Shown here: positions 26,113 through 35,959 of the stretch, piece by piece
How the letters are laid out: every line of letters begins with the position of its first letter
How positions within the stretch are numbered: position 1 is the stretch's first letter
Source: an uncultured Christensenella sp.
GTDB taxonomy: Bacteria; Bacillota; Clostridia; Christensenellales; Borkfalkiaceae
DNA: 64,000 bases
NCBI GenBank assembly: GCA_910586065.1
Contig: CAJUGI010000001.1
Location: forward strand, 229,616-293,615
Direction of reading: 5' to 3'
Made by a program: the position numbers and the translations under genes
Notes under the pieces: model-generated
What the model was told of the DNA's origin: nothing
What the model saw: the letters and a program-made list of their open reading frames with translations, nothing else
Databases searched by the model: none

Positions 26113-27528
26113 ATGAACTACACACAGGCAGTCGGTGAAAAGAGTACGGTAAAACTTACGATTACCTTTACCGAAGAAGAATGGCAGGACGCAATAAACA
26201 AGGCTTATGCAAAAACGCGCGGCAAATATTCCGTGCCCGGTTTCAGAAAGGGCAAGGCGCCCAAACCCGTCCTTGAAAATTATTACGGCAAGGGCGTGTT
26301 CTTCGACGAAGCGTTCAATTTACTTTACGGCGAACATTACTACGCTATTATCGAAAAAGAAAAGGACAATTTCACCGCAGTCGGCGAACCGTCGCTTTCC
26401 GTCGAGGATATGACCGAAGGCAAGGGAGTAACGCTCTCCGCGGTCGTTCCCGTTAAGCCCGACGTAACAATCGAAGCTTACACAGGTTTAAAAATCAAAA
26501 AGTATGAGTATAATGTTACCGACGCCGATGTGGAAAACGAAGTAAACAAACTTGCCTCCCGCGATGCAAAAGACGTTCCCGTCGAAGGCAGAGCCTGCAA
26601 ATCCGGCGACACTGTCAACATCGACTTTTCCGGCAGTGTAAACGGCGAAAAATTTGCTGGCGGAACTGCGGAAGACTACGACCTGGTACTTGGCAGTCAC
26701 AGCTTCATCCCCGGTTTCGAAGAGCAGGTCGAGGGTATGAAAATCGGAGAAAACAAGGACATAACCGTAACTTTCCCCGAAGATTATCAGGCTGATAACC
26801 TCCGCGGCAAGGACGCCGTTTTCGCAATCAAACTCAACAAAATAACCGAAAAGCAGTATCCCGAGCTTACCGACGAATACGTTAAAAAGCACGCGGGTGT
26901 CGAAACGGTTGAAGATTACAAAAACAAAACGCGCGAAAAGCTTCTCAAAAACGCCGAAAACCGCTCTCGCGACGATACCGAAAACAGCATCGTCAACGAA
27001 ATCTGCAAACACGCTGCGGCGGAAATTCCCGACGCCATGTTGGAGAGCGAAATCGACAGAATGGTTCAGGATTTCTCCTACCGTCTTATGTATCAGGGAA
27101 TTAAACTCGAAGACTACGTAAAATATATGGGGCAGACAATGTCCGAGTTCCGCGAACAGTTCCGCGAACAGGCTCGTCCCAGAGTTTTATCCCAGCTCGT
27201 AGTCGAAAAAATCGTAAAATCCGAAAACTTCAAAGCGGAAGACGGCGAAATCGACAAAAAGATAGAAGAGCAGGCGCAGTCTGTCGGCAAAACTTTTGAA
27301 GAATACAAAAAGAATATCGACCCCAGACAGCTCGAATATATTTCAAACGATATAATAATAACCAAACTTTTCGACTTCCTGTCAAAGAATAACGAGCTTT
27401 ATACCGAAGACGGCGAACCCGCCGCAAAGCCCGCAAAAAAGCCCGCGGCAAAAAAAGCAACGGCTGAAAAAGCGGAAGGAGAACCCGCAAAAAAGCCTGC
27501 GGCTAAAAAAACCACTAAAAAATCCTGA
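26113..27528 (+). CDS. tig: Trigger factor with a Lys/Ala/Pro-rich C-terminal tail
   Basis: 'SVPGFRKGKAPKPVLE' and the FKBP-type PPIase segment 'VNIDFSGSVNGEKFAGGTAEDYDLVLGSHSFIPGFEEQVEGMK'. The tail reads EPAAKPAKKPAAKKATAEKAEGEPAKKPAAKKTTKKS. Confidence 0.95.
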   Translation: MNYTQAVGEKSTVKLTITFTEEEWQDAINKAYAKTRGKYSVPGFRKGKAPKPVLENYYGKGVFFDEAFNLLYGEHYYAIIEKEKDNFTAVGEPSLSVEDMTEGKGVTLSAVVPVKPDVTIEAYTGLKIKKYEYNVTDADVENEVNKLASRDAKDVPVEGRACKSGDTVNIDFSGSVNGEKFAGGTAEDYDLVLGSHSFIPGFEEQVEGMKIGENKDITVTFPEDYQADNLRGKDAVFAIKLNKITEKQYPELTDEYVKKHAGVETVEDYKNKTREKLLKNAENRSRDDTENSIVNEICKHAAAEIPDAMLESEIDRMVQDFSYRLMYQGIKLEDYVKYMGQTMSEFREQFREQARPRVLSQLVVEKIVKSENFKAEDGEIDKKIEEQAQSVGKTFEEYKKNIDPRQLEYISNDIIITKLFDFLSKNNELYTEDGEPAAKPAKKPAAKKATAEKAEGEPAKKPAAKKTTKKS

Positions 27529-27549
27529 AAATTTTAAGGAGGATACCTT

Positions 27550-28146
27550 ATGTTCAACGAAAAAAGCGCGCTCGTACCCTACATTGTCGAACAGACTTCT
27601 CGCGGGGAGCGCTCCTATGACATTTACAGCCGTCTCTTAGAGGACAGAATTATCTTTTTAAGCGGCGAAATCGACGATGCGGTGGCAAACACCGTTGTAG
27701 CTCAGCTCATTTATCTGGAAGCAAAGGACCCCTCCAAAGACATATCGCTCTACATCAACAGCCCCGGCGGCTCTGTTTCCGCAGGACTTGCCATATATGA
27801 TACGATGAACTACATCAAGTGCGATGTTTCCACAATCTGTATAGGTATGGCGGCGTCTATGGGCGCGTTCCTTCTTTCCAGCGGACAAAAGGGCAAACGC
27901 TATGCGCTCCCCAACAGCGAAATTATGATTCATCAGCCCTTGGGCGGCGCTCAGGGGCAGGCAAGCGACATAAAAATCGCCGCCGAGCACATCTTGAAAA
28001 CCCGTCAGAAGCTGAATACGATTCTCGCGCAGAACAGCGGCAGAACGCTTGCCGAAATCGAGCGCGACACCGACCGCGACAATTACCTTTCTGCACAGGA
28101 AGCGCAAAATTACGGGCTTATCGACAAAGTATTCTTTAAGAGGTAA
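27550..28146 (+). CDS. clpP: ATP-dependent Clp protease proteolytic subunit
   Basis: '[18 protein letters not shown]', active-site context '[11 protein letters not shown]' and 'MIHQPLGG'. Confidence 0.97.
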   Translation: MFNEKSALVPYIVEQTSRGERSYDIYSRLLEDRIIFLSGEIDDAVANTVVAQLIYLEAKDPSKDISLYINSPGGSVSAGLAIYDTMNYIKCDVSTICIGMAASMGAFLLSSGQKGKRYALPNSEIMIHQPLGGAQGQASDIKIAAEHILKTRQKLNTILAQNSGRTLAEIERDTDRDNYLSAQEAQNYGLIDKVFFKR

Positions 28147-28226
28147 CCGCATATAAGTTCGGCGCGGCTTATAATTTTTAAATACTTTACCGCGCCCATT
28201 ACATAACTAAATCGAGGTAACTTTTT

Positions 28227-29453
28227 TTGAAGGAGCAAAATTATTGTTCATTCTGCGGCAAGGCAGAAGAATTTACTAAAAAATTAATAAGAGGAAAATC
28301 CAACGGCGCATATATCTGCGACGAGTGTATAGAAATCTGCGCGGATATGTTGCGCGACATCGACGAAACTGGCATTGAACCCGTCCCCCTTAAAACGCCC
28401 GCCGAAATTAAGAACGAGCTTGACAACTTCATTGTAGGTCAGCACGAGGCTAAACGCGTTTTATCCGTTGCGGTATACAACCATTACAAGCGTATCAACC
28501 ACCTTGCGGAAAACAAGGGCGATACGGGAGTAGAGATTGAAAAGAGCAACATTCTTTTGCTAGGGCCAACGGGTTGCGGCAAAACCCTGCTTGCACGAAC
28601 GCTTGCAAAAATTCTCAACGTTCCCTTTGCAAGTTCCGACGCAACCACGCTCACCGAAGCGGGTTACGTCGGCGAAGACGTTGAAAACATTCTTTTAAAA
28701 CTCATCCAGAACGCCGATTACGACATCGAGCGCGCGCAGCGCGGTATAATTTACATCGACGAAATCGACAAAATCGCAAGAAAGGGCGAAAACGTTTCAA
28801 TCACCCGCGACGTTTCGGGCGAGGGCGTTCAGCAGGCGCTTTTAAAAATAATCGAAAGCACCGTTGCAAACGTTCCCCCGCAGGGCGGCAGAAAGCATCC
28901 CCAGCAGGAGTGTCTCCGCATAGATACGACCAACATCTTATTCATCTGCGGCGGCGCCTTCGTCGGGCTTGACAAAATCGTACAAAAGCGCAGGGACAAC
29001 ACGTCTCTCGGTTTCGGCGGCAGCGTAAAGCAGACCGAAGAAAACGTTTACGAAATGCTTTCCGACGTCAAACCTCAGGATTTAACGAAATTCGGCTTAA
29101 TCCCCGAATTTGTCGGCAGAATCCCCATCGTCGTAAGTCTGCATCCCCTCGACGAGGCGGCTCTGGTAAATATTTTAACCGAACCTAAAAACGCCATTAT
29201 CAAGCAATATCAAAAGCTTATCGAAATGGACGGCGTAAAACTTACGGTAGAGGACGGCGCTGTGCGCGAAATCGCAAATACGGCAATCCGCTTAAAAACG
29301 GGCGCAAGAGGATTAAGAACTATAATCGAAAGTTTTATGACCTCCGTTATGTATAAAATTCCCTCCGAAAAGAACGTAAAAGAGGTAATCGTAACAAAAG
29401 AGTGCGTAACCGACAGGGCGGAACCCAAAATAATCTATAAAGAAACGGCTTAA
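28227..29453 (+). CDS. clpX: ATP-dependent Clp protease ATP-binding subunit ClpX (TTG start)
   Basis: Zinc-binding 'CSFCGK...CDECIEIC', Walker A '[15 protein letters not shown]' and '[10 protein letters not shown]'. The ORF starts at a TTG 9 nt after GAGGT. Confidence 0.95.
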   Translation: MKEQNYCSFCGKAEEFTKKLIRGKSNGAYICDECIEICADMLRDIDETGIEPVPLKTPAEIKNELDNFIVGQHEAKRVLSVAVYNHYKRINHLAENKGDTGVEIEKSNILLLGPTGCGKTLLARTLAKILNVPFASSDATTLTEAGYVGEDVENILLKLIQNADYDIERAQRGIIYIDEIDKIARKGENVSITRDVSGEGVQQALLKIIESTVANVPPQGGRKHPQQECLRIDTTNILFICGGAFVGLDKIVQKRRDNTSLGFGGSVKQTEENVYEMLSDVKPQDLTKFGLIPEFVGRIPIVVSLHPLDEAALVNILTEPKNAIIKQYQKLIEMDGVKLTVEDGAVREIANTAIRLKTGARGLRTIIESFMTSVMYKIPSEKNVKEVIVTKECVTDRAEPKIIYKETA

Positions 29454-29481
29454 AAAAGCGGACAATTAAAACTGTTTTATT

Positions 29482-29512
29482 CGCGCAATTTCATAAGGGA
29501 ATTGCGCGTTTT
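29482..29512 (+). terminator. Hairpin plus T-run between clpX and lon (terminator or attenuator)
   Basis: 9-bp stem cgcgcaatt/aattgcgcg with a 9-nt loop, followed by tttt. It lies 23 nt upstream of the lon start. Confidence 0.55.
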
Positions 29513-29534
29513 GGTAAAAACGGAAGAGGTAAAA

Positions 29535-31844
29535 ATGGCAAGAACTACATCACAGTCGCTGCCTTTGGTGGCGCTGAGAGGGCGTGTAATATTTCCCTCT
29601 GCAACAGTAAGCTTCGACGTGGGCAGGCTTTCCTCGCTCACTGCGGTTAAAAGCGCGACGGACGGCGATTCGCGCCTTTTCGTCGTTACGCAAAAGGATG
29701 CGGATAAAAACGAAATAACTCCCGCCGACGTTTACGACGTCGGCACGGTAGTGCGCTTAAAACAGGTTACCCGTCTCCCCGGAAACAATATAAGAATAAC
29801 GGTGGAGGGTCTTTTCCGCGCCGCCGCAAGAAGCATAGAAGAAGCCGAGCATATGCTCGTTGCCGAAGTTGACGAAATCAAAACGGTTCACGGCGAAAAA
29901 TCGCTCGAAGAAGCGTATTTCAGAACTGCAAAAGATATAATGCACGAAATCTCGCAGGGCGAAACCCGCATTTCCAAGGACGTCGTTGCCGCTTTGGAAC
30001 GTTGCACCGACCCCGACGAATTCGTCAACCTCGCGGCAAACAGCATAAAATGCAAGCTGGAAACCAAGCAGCAGCTTTTAGAAAACCCCCGCCTTATCGA
30101 AAGGTTGAGGGATTTGGACAAGGTTTTAAACGAAGAGCTTGAAATTATGCGTTTAGAGCGCAAAATCAACAATATGGTGCGCGCCGGCATAGATAAAAAC
30201 CAAAAGGAATATTACCTCAGAGAGCAGTTAAAGGCAATCCATACCGAACTCGGCGACGACGAGGAGGAGCGCGACGAGCTTGAAAGAAAAATAAAAGAAA
30301 AGCATATGCCGCAGGAAGTAGAGGAAAAAGCTTTAAAAGAGCTTTCCCGCATGTCTAAAATGCAGACTTCCTCTCCCGATTACAATGTTTTAAGAATGTA
30401 TCTCGACTGGCTTTTGGATATCCCCTGGACTGAAAAAACCGAGGATACCGAAAACTTAAAGGACGCGGTTAAAATTTTAAACGAGGACCACTACGGGCTT
30501 GAAAAAATAAAGGAAAGAATAACCGAATATCTCGCCGTGTTAAAGCTCACAAACGGGCTTAACGCGCCCATACTGTGCCTTGTAGGGCCTCCCGGAGTCG
30601 GCAAAACTTCAATCGCAAGCTCGGTTGCGCGCGCCCTCGGCAGAAAGTTCGTAAGAATGAGCCTTGGCGGCGTAAAGGACGAAAGCGAAATCCGCGGACA
30701 CAGAAAAACCTATATCGGCGCGCTCCCCGGCAGAATTATCGCGGGCATGAAAAACGCCGGCTCCGTAAACCCCGTTTTCCTTCTGGACGAGGTGGACAAG
30801 CTCTCTTCGGATATGCGCGGCGACCCCGCCAGCGCCCTTTTAGAGGTTTTGGACCCCGCCCAAAATTCAACCTACCGCGACAGATATCTCGAAGTGCCTT
30901 ACGATTTAAGCAAGGTTTTGTTCATAACCACCGCCAACGAGCTTTCAACCATTCCCCGTCCGCTTTTGGACAGAATGGAGGTTATCGAGCTTTCGGGCTA
31001 TACCGAGGTTGAAAAGCGCGAAATAGCAAAGCGTTATCTGGTTCCCAGAAAGAGCGCCGCAAACGGTCTTAAAGAGGGAGAAATAACCTTCGACGACGCG
31101 GCTATCGACGAAATTATTTCCGGCTACACCTTAGAAGCTGGCGTGAGAAATTTAGAGCGCGAAATCGACGCGGTTTGCCGCAAGGTTGCGGTTAAACGCG
31201 CCGAAGGCGAAAGTAAAAGCGCAAAAATAACCGCAAAAAAAGTAACCGAACTTCTCGGTGCAAGGCGCTACGACAGAGATAACGCCTTGGACGGCGACGA
31301 GGTCGGCGCGGCAACGGGCTTGGCCTGGACGGCAGTCGGCGGCACTACGCTCACAATCGAAGTTTCGGCAATGCACGGCAAGGGCGATATTCTCCTTACG
31401 GGCAAGCTGGGCGACGTAATGAAGGAGAGCGCCCGCGCCGCAATAAGCTACATCCGCTCGCACAGCCAAAGCTACGGCATCGAAAACGAGGCGTTCGAAA
31501 AAACCGACGTGCACATTCACGTGCCCGAGGGCGCAACACCCAAGGACGGACCCAGCGCGGGCATAACTATGGCTACTGCAATACTTTCGGCGTTCACTAA
31601 AAAACCGGTCAAAAAATCGGTTGCAATGACTGGCGAAATAACACTCCGCGGCAAGGTTCTGCCCATTGGCGGGCTTAAAGAAAAGGCGCTTGCCGCCTAC
31701 CGCATAGGCGTTAAGGACGTAATTATTCCCGCCGAAAACAAAAAGGATTTGGAAGAAATTCCCGCGCCCGTCCGCGAAAAACTCAATTTTATTCCCGTAA
31801 CCGACGTTTCCGCGGTTTTCAAAACAGCTATAATAGGCATTTAA
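29535..31844 (+). CDS. lon: Lon protease (LonA type)
   Basis: The start is trimmed to the ATG preceded by GGAAGAGG ([16 protein letters not shown]). Walker A '[15 protein letters not shown]' and catalytic '[14 protein letters not shown]'. Confidence 0.95.
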   Translation: MARTTSQSLPLVALRGRVIFPSATVSFDVGRLSSLTAVKSATDGDSRLFVVTQKDADKNEITPADVYDVGTVVRLKQVTRLPGNNIRITVEGLFRAAARSIEEAEHMLVAEVDEIKTVHGEKSLEEAYFRTAKDIMHEISQGETRISKDVVAALERCTDPDEFVNLAANSIKCKLETKQQLLENPRLIERLRDLDKVLNEELEIMRLERKINNMVRAGIDKNQKEYYLREQLKAIHTELGDDEEERDELERKIKEKHMPQEVEEKALKELSRMSKMQTSSPDYNVLRMYLDWLLDIPWTEKTEDTENLKDAVKILNEDHYGLEKIKERITEYLAVLKLTNGLNAPILCLVGPPGVGKTSIASSVARALGRKFVRMSLGGVKDESEIRGHRKTYIGALPGRIIAGMKNAGSVNPVFLLDEVDKLSSDMRGDPASALLEVLDPAQNSTYRDRYLEVPYDLSKVLFITTANELSTIPRPLLDRMEVIELSGYTEVEKREIAKRYLVPRKSAANGLKEGEITFDDAAIDEIISGYTLEAGVRNLEREIDAVCRKVAVKRAEGESKSAKITAKKVTELLGARRYDRDNALDGDEVGAATGLAWTAVGGTTLTIEVSAMHGKGDILLTGKLGDVMKESARAAISYIRSHSQSYGIENEAFEKTDVHIHVPEGATPKDGPSAGITMATAILSAFTKKPVKKSVAMTGEITLRGKVLPIGGLKEKALAAYRIGVKDVIIPAENKKDLEEIPAPVREKLNFIPVTDVSAVFKTAIIGI

Positions 31845-32288
31845 GTGAAAAAGAAAAAGCTTTTTTATGGTCCGTTGGGTTGAGTCGGTTCAGCCGGACT
31901 GATTATCGGTGCGGGGCTTTTGGCGTTTTCGTTCTGGTTTCTTTCAACCACGGTGTTAAAGGATATCGGTTACGTCCGCACGGAGGCGACCGTCGTAGAC
32001 TTTGAAGAAAGGCGCGACTATATCGGCGGCTCTTACCGCCACGTTTATACCGAAGTTGTGGAATAAGAAGTCGACGGCAAAACGTACAGAACGAATAATA
32101 CATTATATTCAAACTTTCCGCCCGATAGCGTAGGTAGCAAAATGACCGTTTGCTACGACCCCGAAAACCCGCAGGAATGCTTTTTTCCTTCGTCAAACTA
32201 TTCGTTCGTGCCGGTTTCCTTCGTTTTAACGTTCGGCTTTTTGGCGGCGGGAATTTATTTGATATGTCTTGACGTAAAGGAAAAAAGA
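31845..32288 (+). pseudogene. DUF3592-like membrane protein gene disrupted by two in-frame stop codons
   Basis: One frame reads VKKKKLFYGPLG*VGSAGLIIGAGLLAFSFWF...TEVVE*EVDGKTYRTNN...MTVCYDPENPQE...FVLTFGFLAAGIYLICL. Stops are TGA at 31881 and TAA at 32064. The layout (TM, beta domain with 'V.YDP.NP', TM) matches DUF3592. Confidence 0.7.
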
Positions 32289-32888
32289 ATGAATAAATAC
32301 GCAAACGCAAAATTTATTACGAGCGCCGCAGGTCCGCAGCAGTTTTTAAAGACGGATAAGCCCGTAATAGCCGTAAGCGGCAGGTCAAACGTGGGCAAAT
32401 CAAGCTTTATCAACCTTCTTGCGGGGCGCAAACAGCTTGCAAGGGTTTCAAAGGAGCCGGGGCGCACCCGTCTTATCAATTACTTTGATTACGGCGGCTT
32501 TATCCTTGCCGACCTCCCCGGTTACGGCTACGCAAAGGTCAGCAAGGAAGAAAAATTAAAATGGGCGCGTCTTTTGGACGAATTTTTTGCCGAAGAGGGG
32601 CACATATGCCACGTTTTGGCGCTTGTCGACTGCCGTCACGAGCCCACCGCCGACGATATTCAGATGGTGGAGTTTCTCTATTCAAAAATAATCCCCTTTA
32701 CGGTTATCGCCACCAAGGCGGACAAAATTTCCAAAGCCGAAGGGGCGCGCAGCAAAATAAGAATAGCCGCCGCTTTAAAGTGCGGAGCGGACGACGTGAT
32801 TGTAACTTCGTCGCAAAAGCGCACGGGGCTTGAAAGCGTAATCAAAAGAATACAAAACGTAATTACATACGGAGAAGAAAATGCCTGA
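32289..32888 (+). CDS. engB: Ribosome-biogenesis GTPase EngB/YsxC
   Basis: The start is trimmed to MNKYANAKFITSA, with AAAGGA upstream. G1 'GRSNVGKSSFIN', 'DLPGYGYAKVS' and 'TKADK'. It lies downstream of lon, as in Bacillus. Confidence 0.93.
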   Translation: MNKYANAKFITSAAGPQQFLKTDKPVIAVSGRSNVGKSSFINLLAGRKQLARVSKEPGRTRLINYFDYGGFILADLPGYGYAKVSKEEKLKWARLLDEFFAEEGHICHVLALVDCRHEPTADDIQMVEFLYSKIIPFTVIATKADKISKAEGARSKIRIAAALKCGADDVIVTSSQKRTGLESVIKRIQNVITYGEENA

Positions 32889-33603
32889 ATTTTTAAAAAC
32901 CCCGGCGGGGCACGCATTACTCGGCGTAATAATCGCGGTGGTGCTCATAATTTTTATAGACCTCAATTACAAGTTCTTCATGAAGGCGGTTTTAGACTTT
33001 TTCTTTGCGCTTATTATAGCGGCAATCCTCTTATTCCCGCTTATTATTCCCCTTTCGATAATCTCTAAGGTAAGGGCGGGGCAAACGTACGAAAGTACGC
33101 CGTATATGGGGGTTAAAGGAAAAATAATCCGCCTTAAAACCTTTGCCGGCGTAAAGTGCGGCTTAAAATATATTCCACGGCTTTTCGATATTATGGCAGG
33201 CAAACTCAGTTTTGTCGGCGTAAAACTCTTAAACGTTTCCGACGGCGCTTTAATTGACGACGATTATCTTTCGCGTTTCAACGCCCGCCCCGGGCTCGTG
33301 TGCCATTTATCGCTTAAAGGCGACGAAGGTTTAACTTACGAAGAGATGTTCGCCTTGGACGAACGCTACGCAAAAAAGCGCGAACTGTTCACCGACTTAT
33401 TCGTTTTATTAAAATCCGCCGTTTTAAAAATCCGCGGCGAAGGCAAAAGTTATTTTGGCGAAGCCGCAAAAATGAGCTACGGCGAAGCGCTGTTAGTCCG
33501 CGGCGAAATCAGTAAAGAAGATTTTGAGCAGGCGAAGGAATACGGCAACGACGCCGTTGCCGAAGCGGACAAAACGACGGATTTCCGTAAAAAACGCATA
33601 TAA
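32881..33603 (+). CDS. Divergent bacterial sugar-transferase (PglC/WbaP C-terminal domain)-like membrane protein, probably non-canonical
   Basis: N-terminal re-entrant-type helices. 'RLKTF', 'YIPRLFDIMAGKLSFVGV' and 'RPGLVCHLS' align with KFRTM, DELPQLxNVLxGxMSxVGPRP and PGxTG, but the Asp-Glu of DELPQ is replaced by KY. Confidence 0.55.
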   Translation: MPEFLKTPAGHALLGVIIAVVLIIFIDLNYKFFMKAVLDFFFALIIAAILLFPLIIPLSIISKVRAGQTYESTPYMGVKGKIIRLKTFAGVKCGLKYIPRLFDIMAGKLSFVGVKLLNVSDGALIDDDYLSRFNARPGLVCHLSLKGDEGLTYEEMFALDERYAKKRELFTDLFVLLKSAVLKIRGEGKSYFGEAAKMSYGEALLVRGEISKEDFEQAKEYGNDAVAEADKTTDFRKKRI

Positions 33604-33760
33604 GCTGCGCATAACTTTGTTGCGCTGCGGCAAATTTCAGTCAATTACGCTTAGTAAGCTCCTTCATGTTTTGCTCGCGAGTCTCGTTCTGCCTGCTTCT
33701 CTGCGTTTTAGGGGTTGCGTAATCGCTCCCGCAATTAGCTCTACAATAAATAATTTAAGG
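33604..33760 (+). repeat. Conserved intergenic element, copy A (fills the whole intergenic space upstream of the SGNH hydrolase gene)
   Basis: About 80% identical by eye over ~130 nt to 45458..45590, with one 1-nt indel. The shared blocks are listed in the finding at 33604..33760. Confidence 0.75.
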
Positions 33761-33768
33761 TAAATAAT

Positions 33769-34920
33769 ATGTCGAAGTGGGTAACCTTTTGGGGCAACGC
33801 AACTTCTGTTGCCGACCGCCGACCCGAAACGTACGCAAAAAACTTAACCTTGCGATATCCTATAAATTGCCCTTTCGGCGGCAATACATTAAGGCTTCAC
33901 TTTTCCAACTTCTGCGGAACGGAGCCGGTAACCTTGTCGCAAGTCACGGTTGCCCCCACAATATCCCGCCGCGAAATCAATTTAAAGGACGCGGCTTTGG
34001 TCACTTTCGCCGGTAATGAAAGCGTAACTATCCCAGCGGGCGAAGAAATTTTTTCGGATGAAATCAGTTTCCGCGTAAAGCCCCTCGGCACGGTTTCCGT
34101 AAGTATCTATTTAAAGGACTTCACTCAAATGCGCTCGGCGGTGGTAATAACCGGTCCGCTTTCGGGCGGTTTTTATTCCGTCGGCAATCAAACGCTTACC
34201 TCGGTTCTGCCTTTAAACGAAACGCGCACCACGCAAACTTACTACTTTTTTACTGGCGCCGACGTGTTTACAGAAGATAACAATCGCGCGGTAATCTGCT
34301 ACGGTGATTCCATAACTTCCCAAAACTGGCCTGATGAATTACAGCTTTTATGCAACGCCGACCCCTACAACCAAACGGCAATAATCCGCCGCGCGGCAAG
34401 CGGCACGCGGGTTTTGCGCGAGTACAGCTGTATCACCTACGAAAGTTACGGGCTCTGCGGCAAACGTCGTTTCGAGCGCGAAATTTCCACCGTGAGCGGC
34501 GCGGTCGCCGTCATAATCCAGCAGGGAATAAACGACGTAATCCACCCCGTAGGCACGGAAGTAAATCCTTTCCGCCCCATGTCGGATTTACCGACGGCAC
34601 AGGAGTTGGAAAACGGTTTAAAGTTTTATCTCGACGTGGCGAAAAAGCATAATTTAAAAACTTTCGTCGGCACGCTTCTGCCAATTTTCGGTTGGCGCAC
34701 TTACGCGCCTTTCCGCGAAGATTTAAAAGAAGAAATAAACGCGTGGCTCCGCGGCAGTTGCGGAGCGGACGGTTTAATCGACTTCGACAAGGCTTTGCGC
34801 TCCGAAAAAGACGCGCGCGCCTTCAAACAGGGTTTTGACAGCGGCGACCATCTGCACCCGAGCGAGTCCGCCTACAAACAAATGGCTTTAACCGCCTTCG
34901 ATAAAATAAAATTTATATAA
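33769..34920 (+). CDS. SGNH/GDSL-family hydrolase with an N-terminal beta domain
   Basis: Block I 'ICYGDSITSQ', block III 'QQGINDV' and block V 'DSGDHLHPS'. Confidence 0.85.
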   Translation: MSKWVTFWGNATSVADRRPETYAKNLTLRYPINCPFGGNTLRLHFSNFCGTEPVTLSQVTVAPTISRREINLKDAALVTFAGNESVTIPAGEEIFSDEISFRVKPLGTVSVSIYLKDFTQMRSAVVITGPLSGGFYSVGNQTLTSVLPLNETRTTQTYYFFTGADVFTEDNNRAVICYGDSITSQNWPDELQLLCNADPYNQTAIIRRAASGTRVLREYSCITYESYGLCGKRRFEREISTVSGAVAVIIQQGINDVIHPVGTEVNPFRPMSDLPTAQELENGLKFYLDVAKKHNLKTFVGTLLPIFGWRTYAPFREDLKEEINAWLRGSCGADGLIDFDKALRSEKDARAFKQGFDSGDHLHPSESAYKQMALTAFDKIKFI

Positions 34921-34932
34921 ACGAGGTTAAAA

Positions 34933-35853
34933 ATGCAGGATATTTTTTACCCTTCCAAGGACGGAAAGAACGTCGTTCACGCCGTAATATGGCAGCCGGA
35001 GTGCGAGCCTAAGGGTGTAATCCAGATTATTCACGGAATGTGCGAATACGCCGCGCGCTATGCGCCCTTTGCCAAATTTTTAAATTTAAACGGTTATATC
35101 GTCGTTGCCGACGACCACCTCGGTCACGGCAGGTCCGCAAAAACCGAAAACGACCTCGGCTACTTCAACGACGCTCACGATTACTCAATCGTGGTTGAGG
35201 ACATTCACGAGTTAAAGCTCACCGTTCAAAAAACTACGGGCGGTTTGCCTTGGTTCGTCATCGGTCACAGCATGGGTTCGTTCTTCTGCCGCAAATATAT
35301 TTCTCTTTACGGCTCCGAGTTCAAAGCAGCTGTTATAATGGGTTCGGGCTTTAAGTCCAAAGCAACCTTAAACACGGCGCTTTTTGCGGTTAAGTTAAAC
35401 GCTCTTTTCTGCGGCTGGCGCAACCGTAGCAAGCTTATCAAAAAGCTTGCTTTCGGTTCCTACAACAAAAAGTTCAGTCCCGCAAAAACCGAAAACGACT
35501 GGCTTTCAAAAGACCCTGCAAACGTAACGGCTTACGAAGCCGACCCTCTGTGCGGATTCAGCTTTACGAATAACGGCTATTATGTTCTGTTTTCGGCCAT
35601 TAAACAGGCGTGCTCCAAAAAGGTAATTAACGCCGTCCCCAAAAATCTGCCGGTATTTTTCGTCGCGGGCGAAGACGACCCCGTCGGCGACTACGGCAAG
35701 GGAGTGAAAAAAGCGTACGAAAAGTTTAAAAAGGCGGGAGTTGAAAGCGTAAGCATCGCCCTTTACGAAGAGGGCCGCCACGAAATTTTAAACGACTTCT
35801 GCAAAGAACAGGTCCAGTCTGATATAATAGAATTCATAGAAAGCAATTTGTAA
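34933..35853 (+). CDS. Alpha/beta hydrolase (lysophospholipase/monoglyceride-lipase type)
   Basis: 'IIHGMCEYAARY', nucleophile elbow 'GHSMGS' and C-terminal 'GRHEILND'. Confidence 0.85.
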   Translation: MQDIFYPSKDGKNVVHAVIWQPECEPKGVIQIIHGMCEYAARYAPFAKFLNLNGYIVVADDHLGHGRSAKTENDLGYFNDAHDYSIVVEDIHELKLTVQKTTGGLPWFVIGHSMGSFFCRKYISLYGSEFKAAVIMGSGFKSKATLNTALFAVKLNALFCGWRNRSKLIKKLAFGSYNKKFSPAKTENDWLSKDPANVTAYEADPLCGFSFTNNGYYVLFSAIKQACSKKVINAVPKNLPVFFVAGEDDPVGDYGKGVKKAYEKFKKAGVESVSIALYEEGRHEILNDFCKEQVQSDIIEFIESNL

Positions 35854-35959
35854 AATAAGGCGCGGTCTACAAACTGCGCATAACTTTGTTACGGCTCCGT
35901 TTTACTCGTTTCTAATCCGCGGAGCGCATAGCTCCCGCGATACGCGATATTTTATTACT

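Noticed and set aside
31881-32066. In-frame TGA and TAA as evidence for an alternative genetic code or programmed recoding.
   Set aside because: TGA ends tig, engB, rqcH and the methyltransferase at the positions expected for their families, and TAA ends most other genes. Code 11 therefore holds, and the two stops are best read as nonsense mutations.
31903-32310. 135-aa minus-strand ORF between lon and engB.
   Set aside because: It is Arg/Lys/Pro-rich and nonsense-like. It lies antisense to the much more convincing DUF3592-like frame.
33605-33625. Reading the post-stop motif as integron attC sites, or as dif/pdif XerC-XerD sites (TGCGCATAA resembles the XerC arm of E. coli dif).
   Set aside because: There is no integrase in the window. 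There is no recognisable XerD arm (TTATGTTAAAT-like) 6 nt away, no inverted partner sites flank the genes, and the copies do not have attC-like imperfect palindromes.
33524-33763. 79-aa ORF, and the 66-aa ORF at 45478..45678, that translate the conserved intergenic element into similar peptides (..SKLL.V.L..LV.PASLRF..).
   Set aside because: A 1-nt indel between the two copies shifts the frame upstream of the shared segment. No common start codon or ribosome-binding site exists. One ORF starts inside the 3' end of the preceding gene. The cluster of synonymous-looking changes in PASLRF is noted but is too small to argue for coding.
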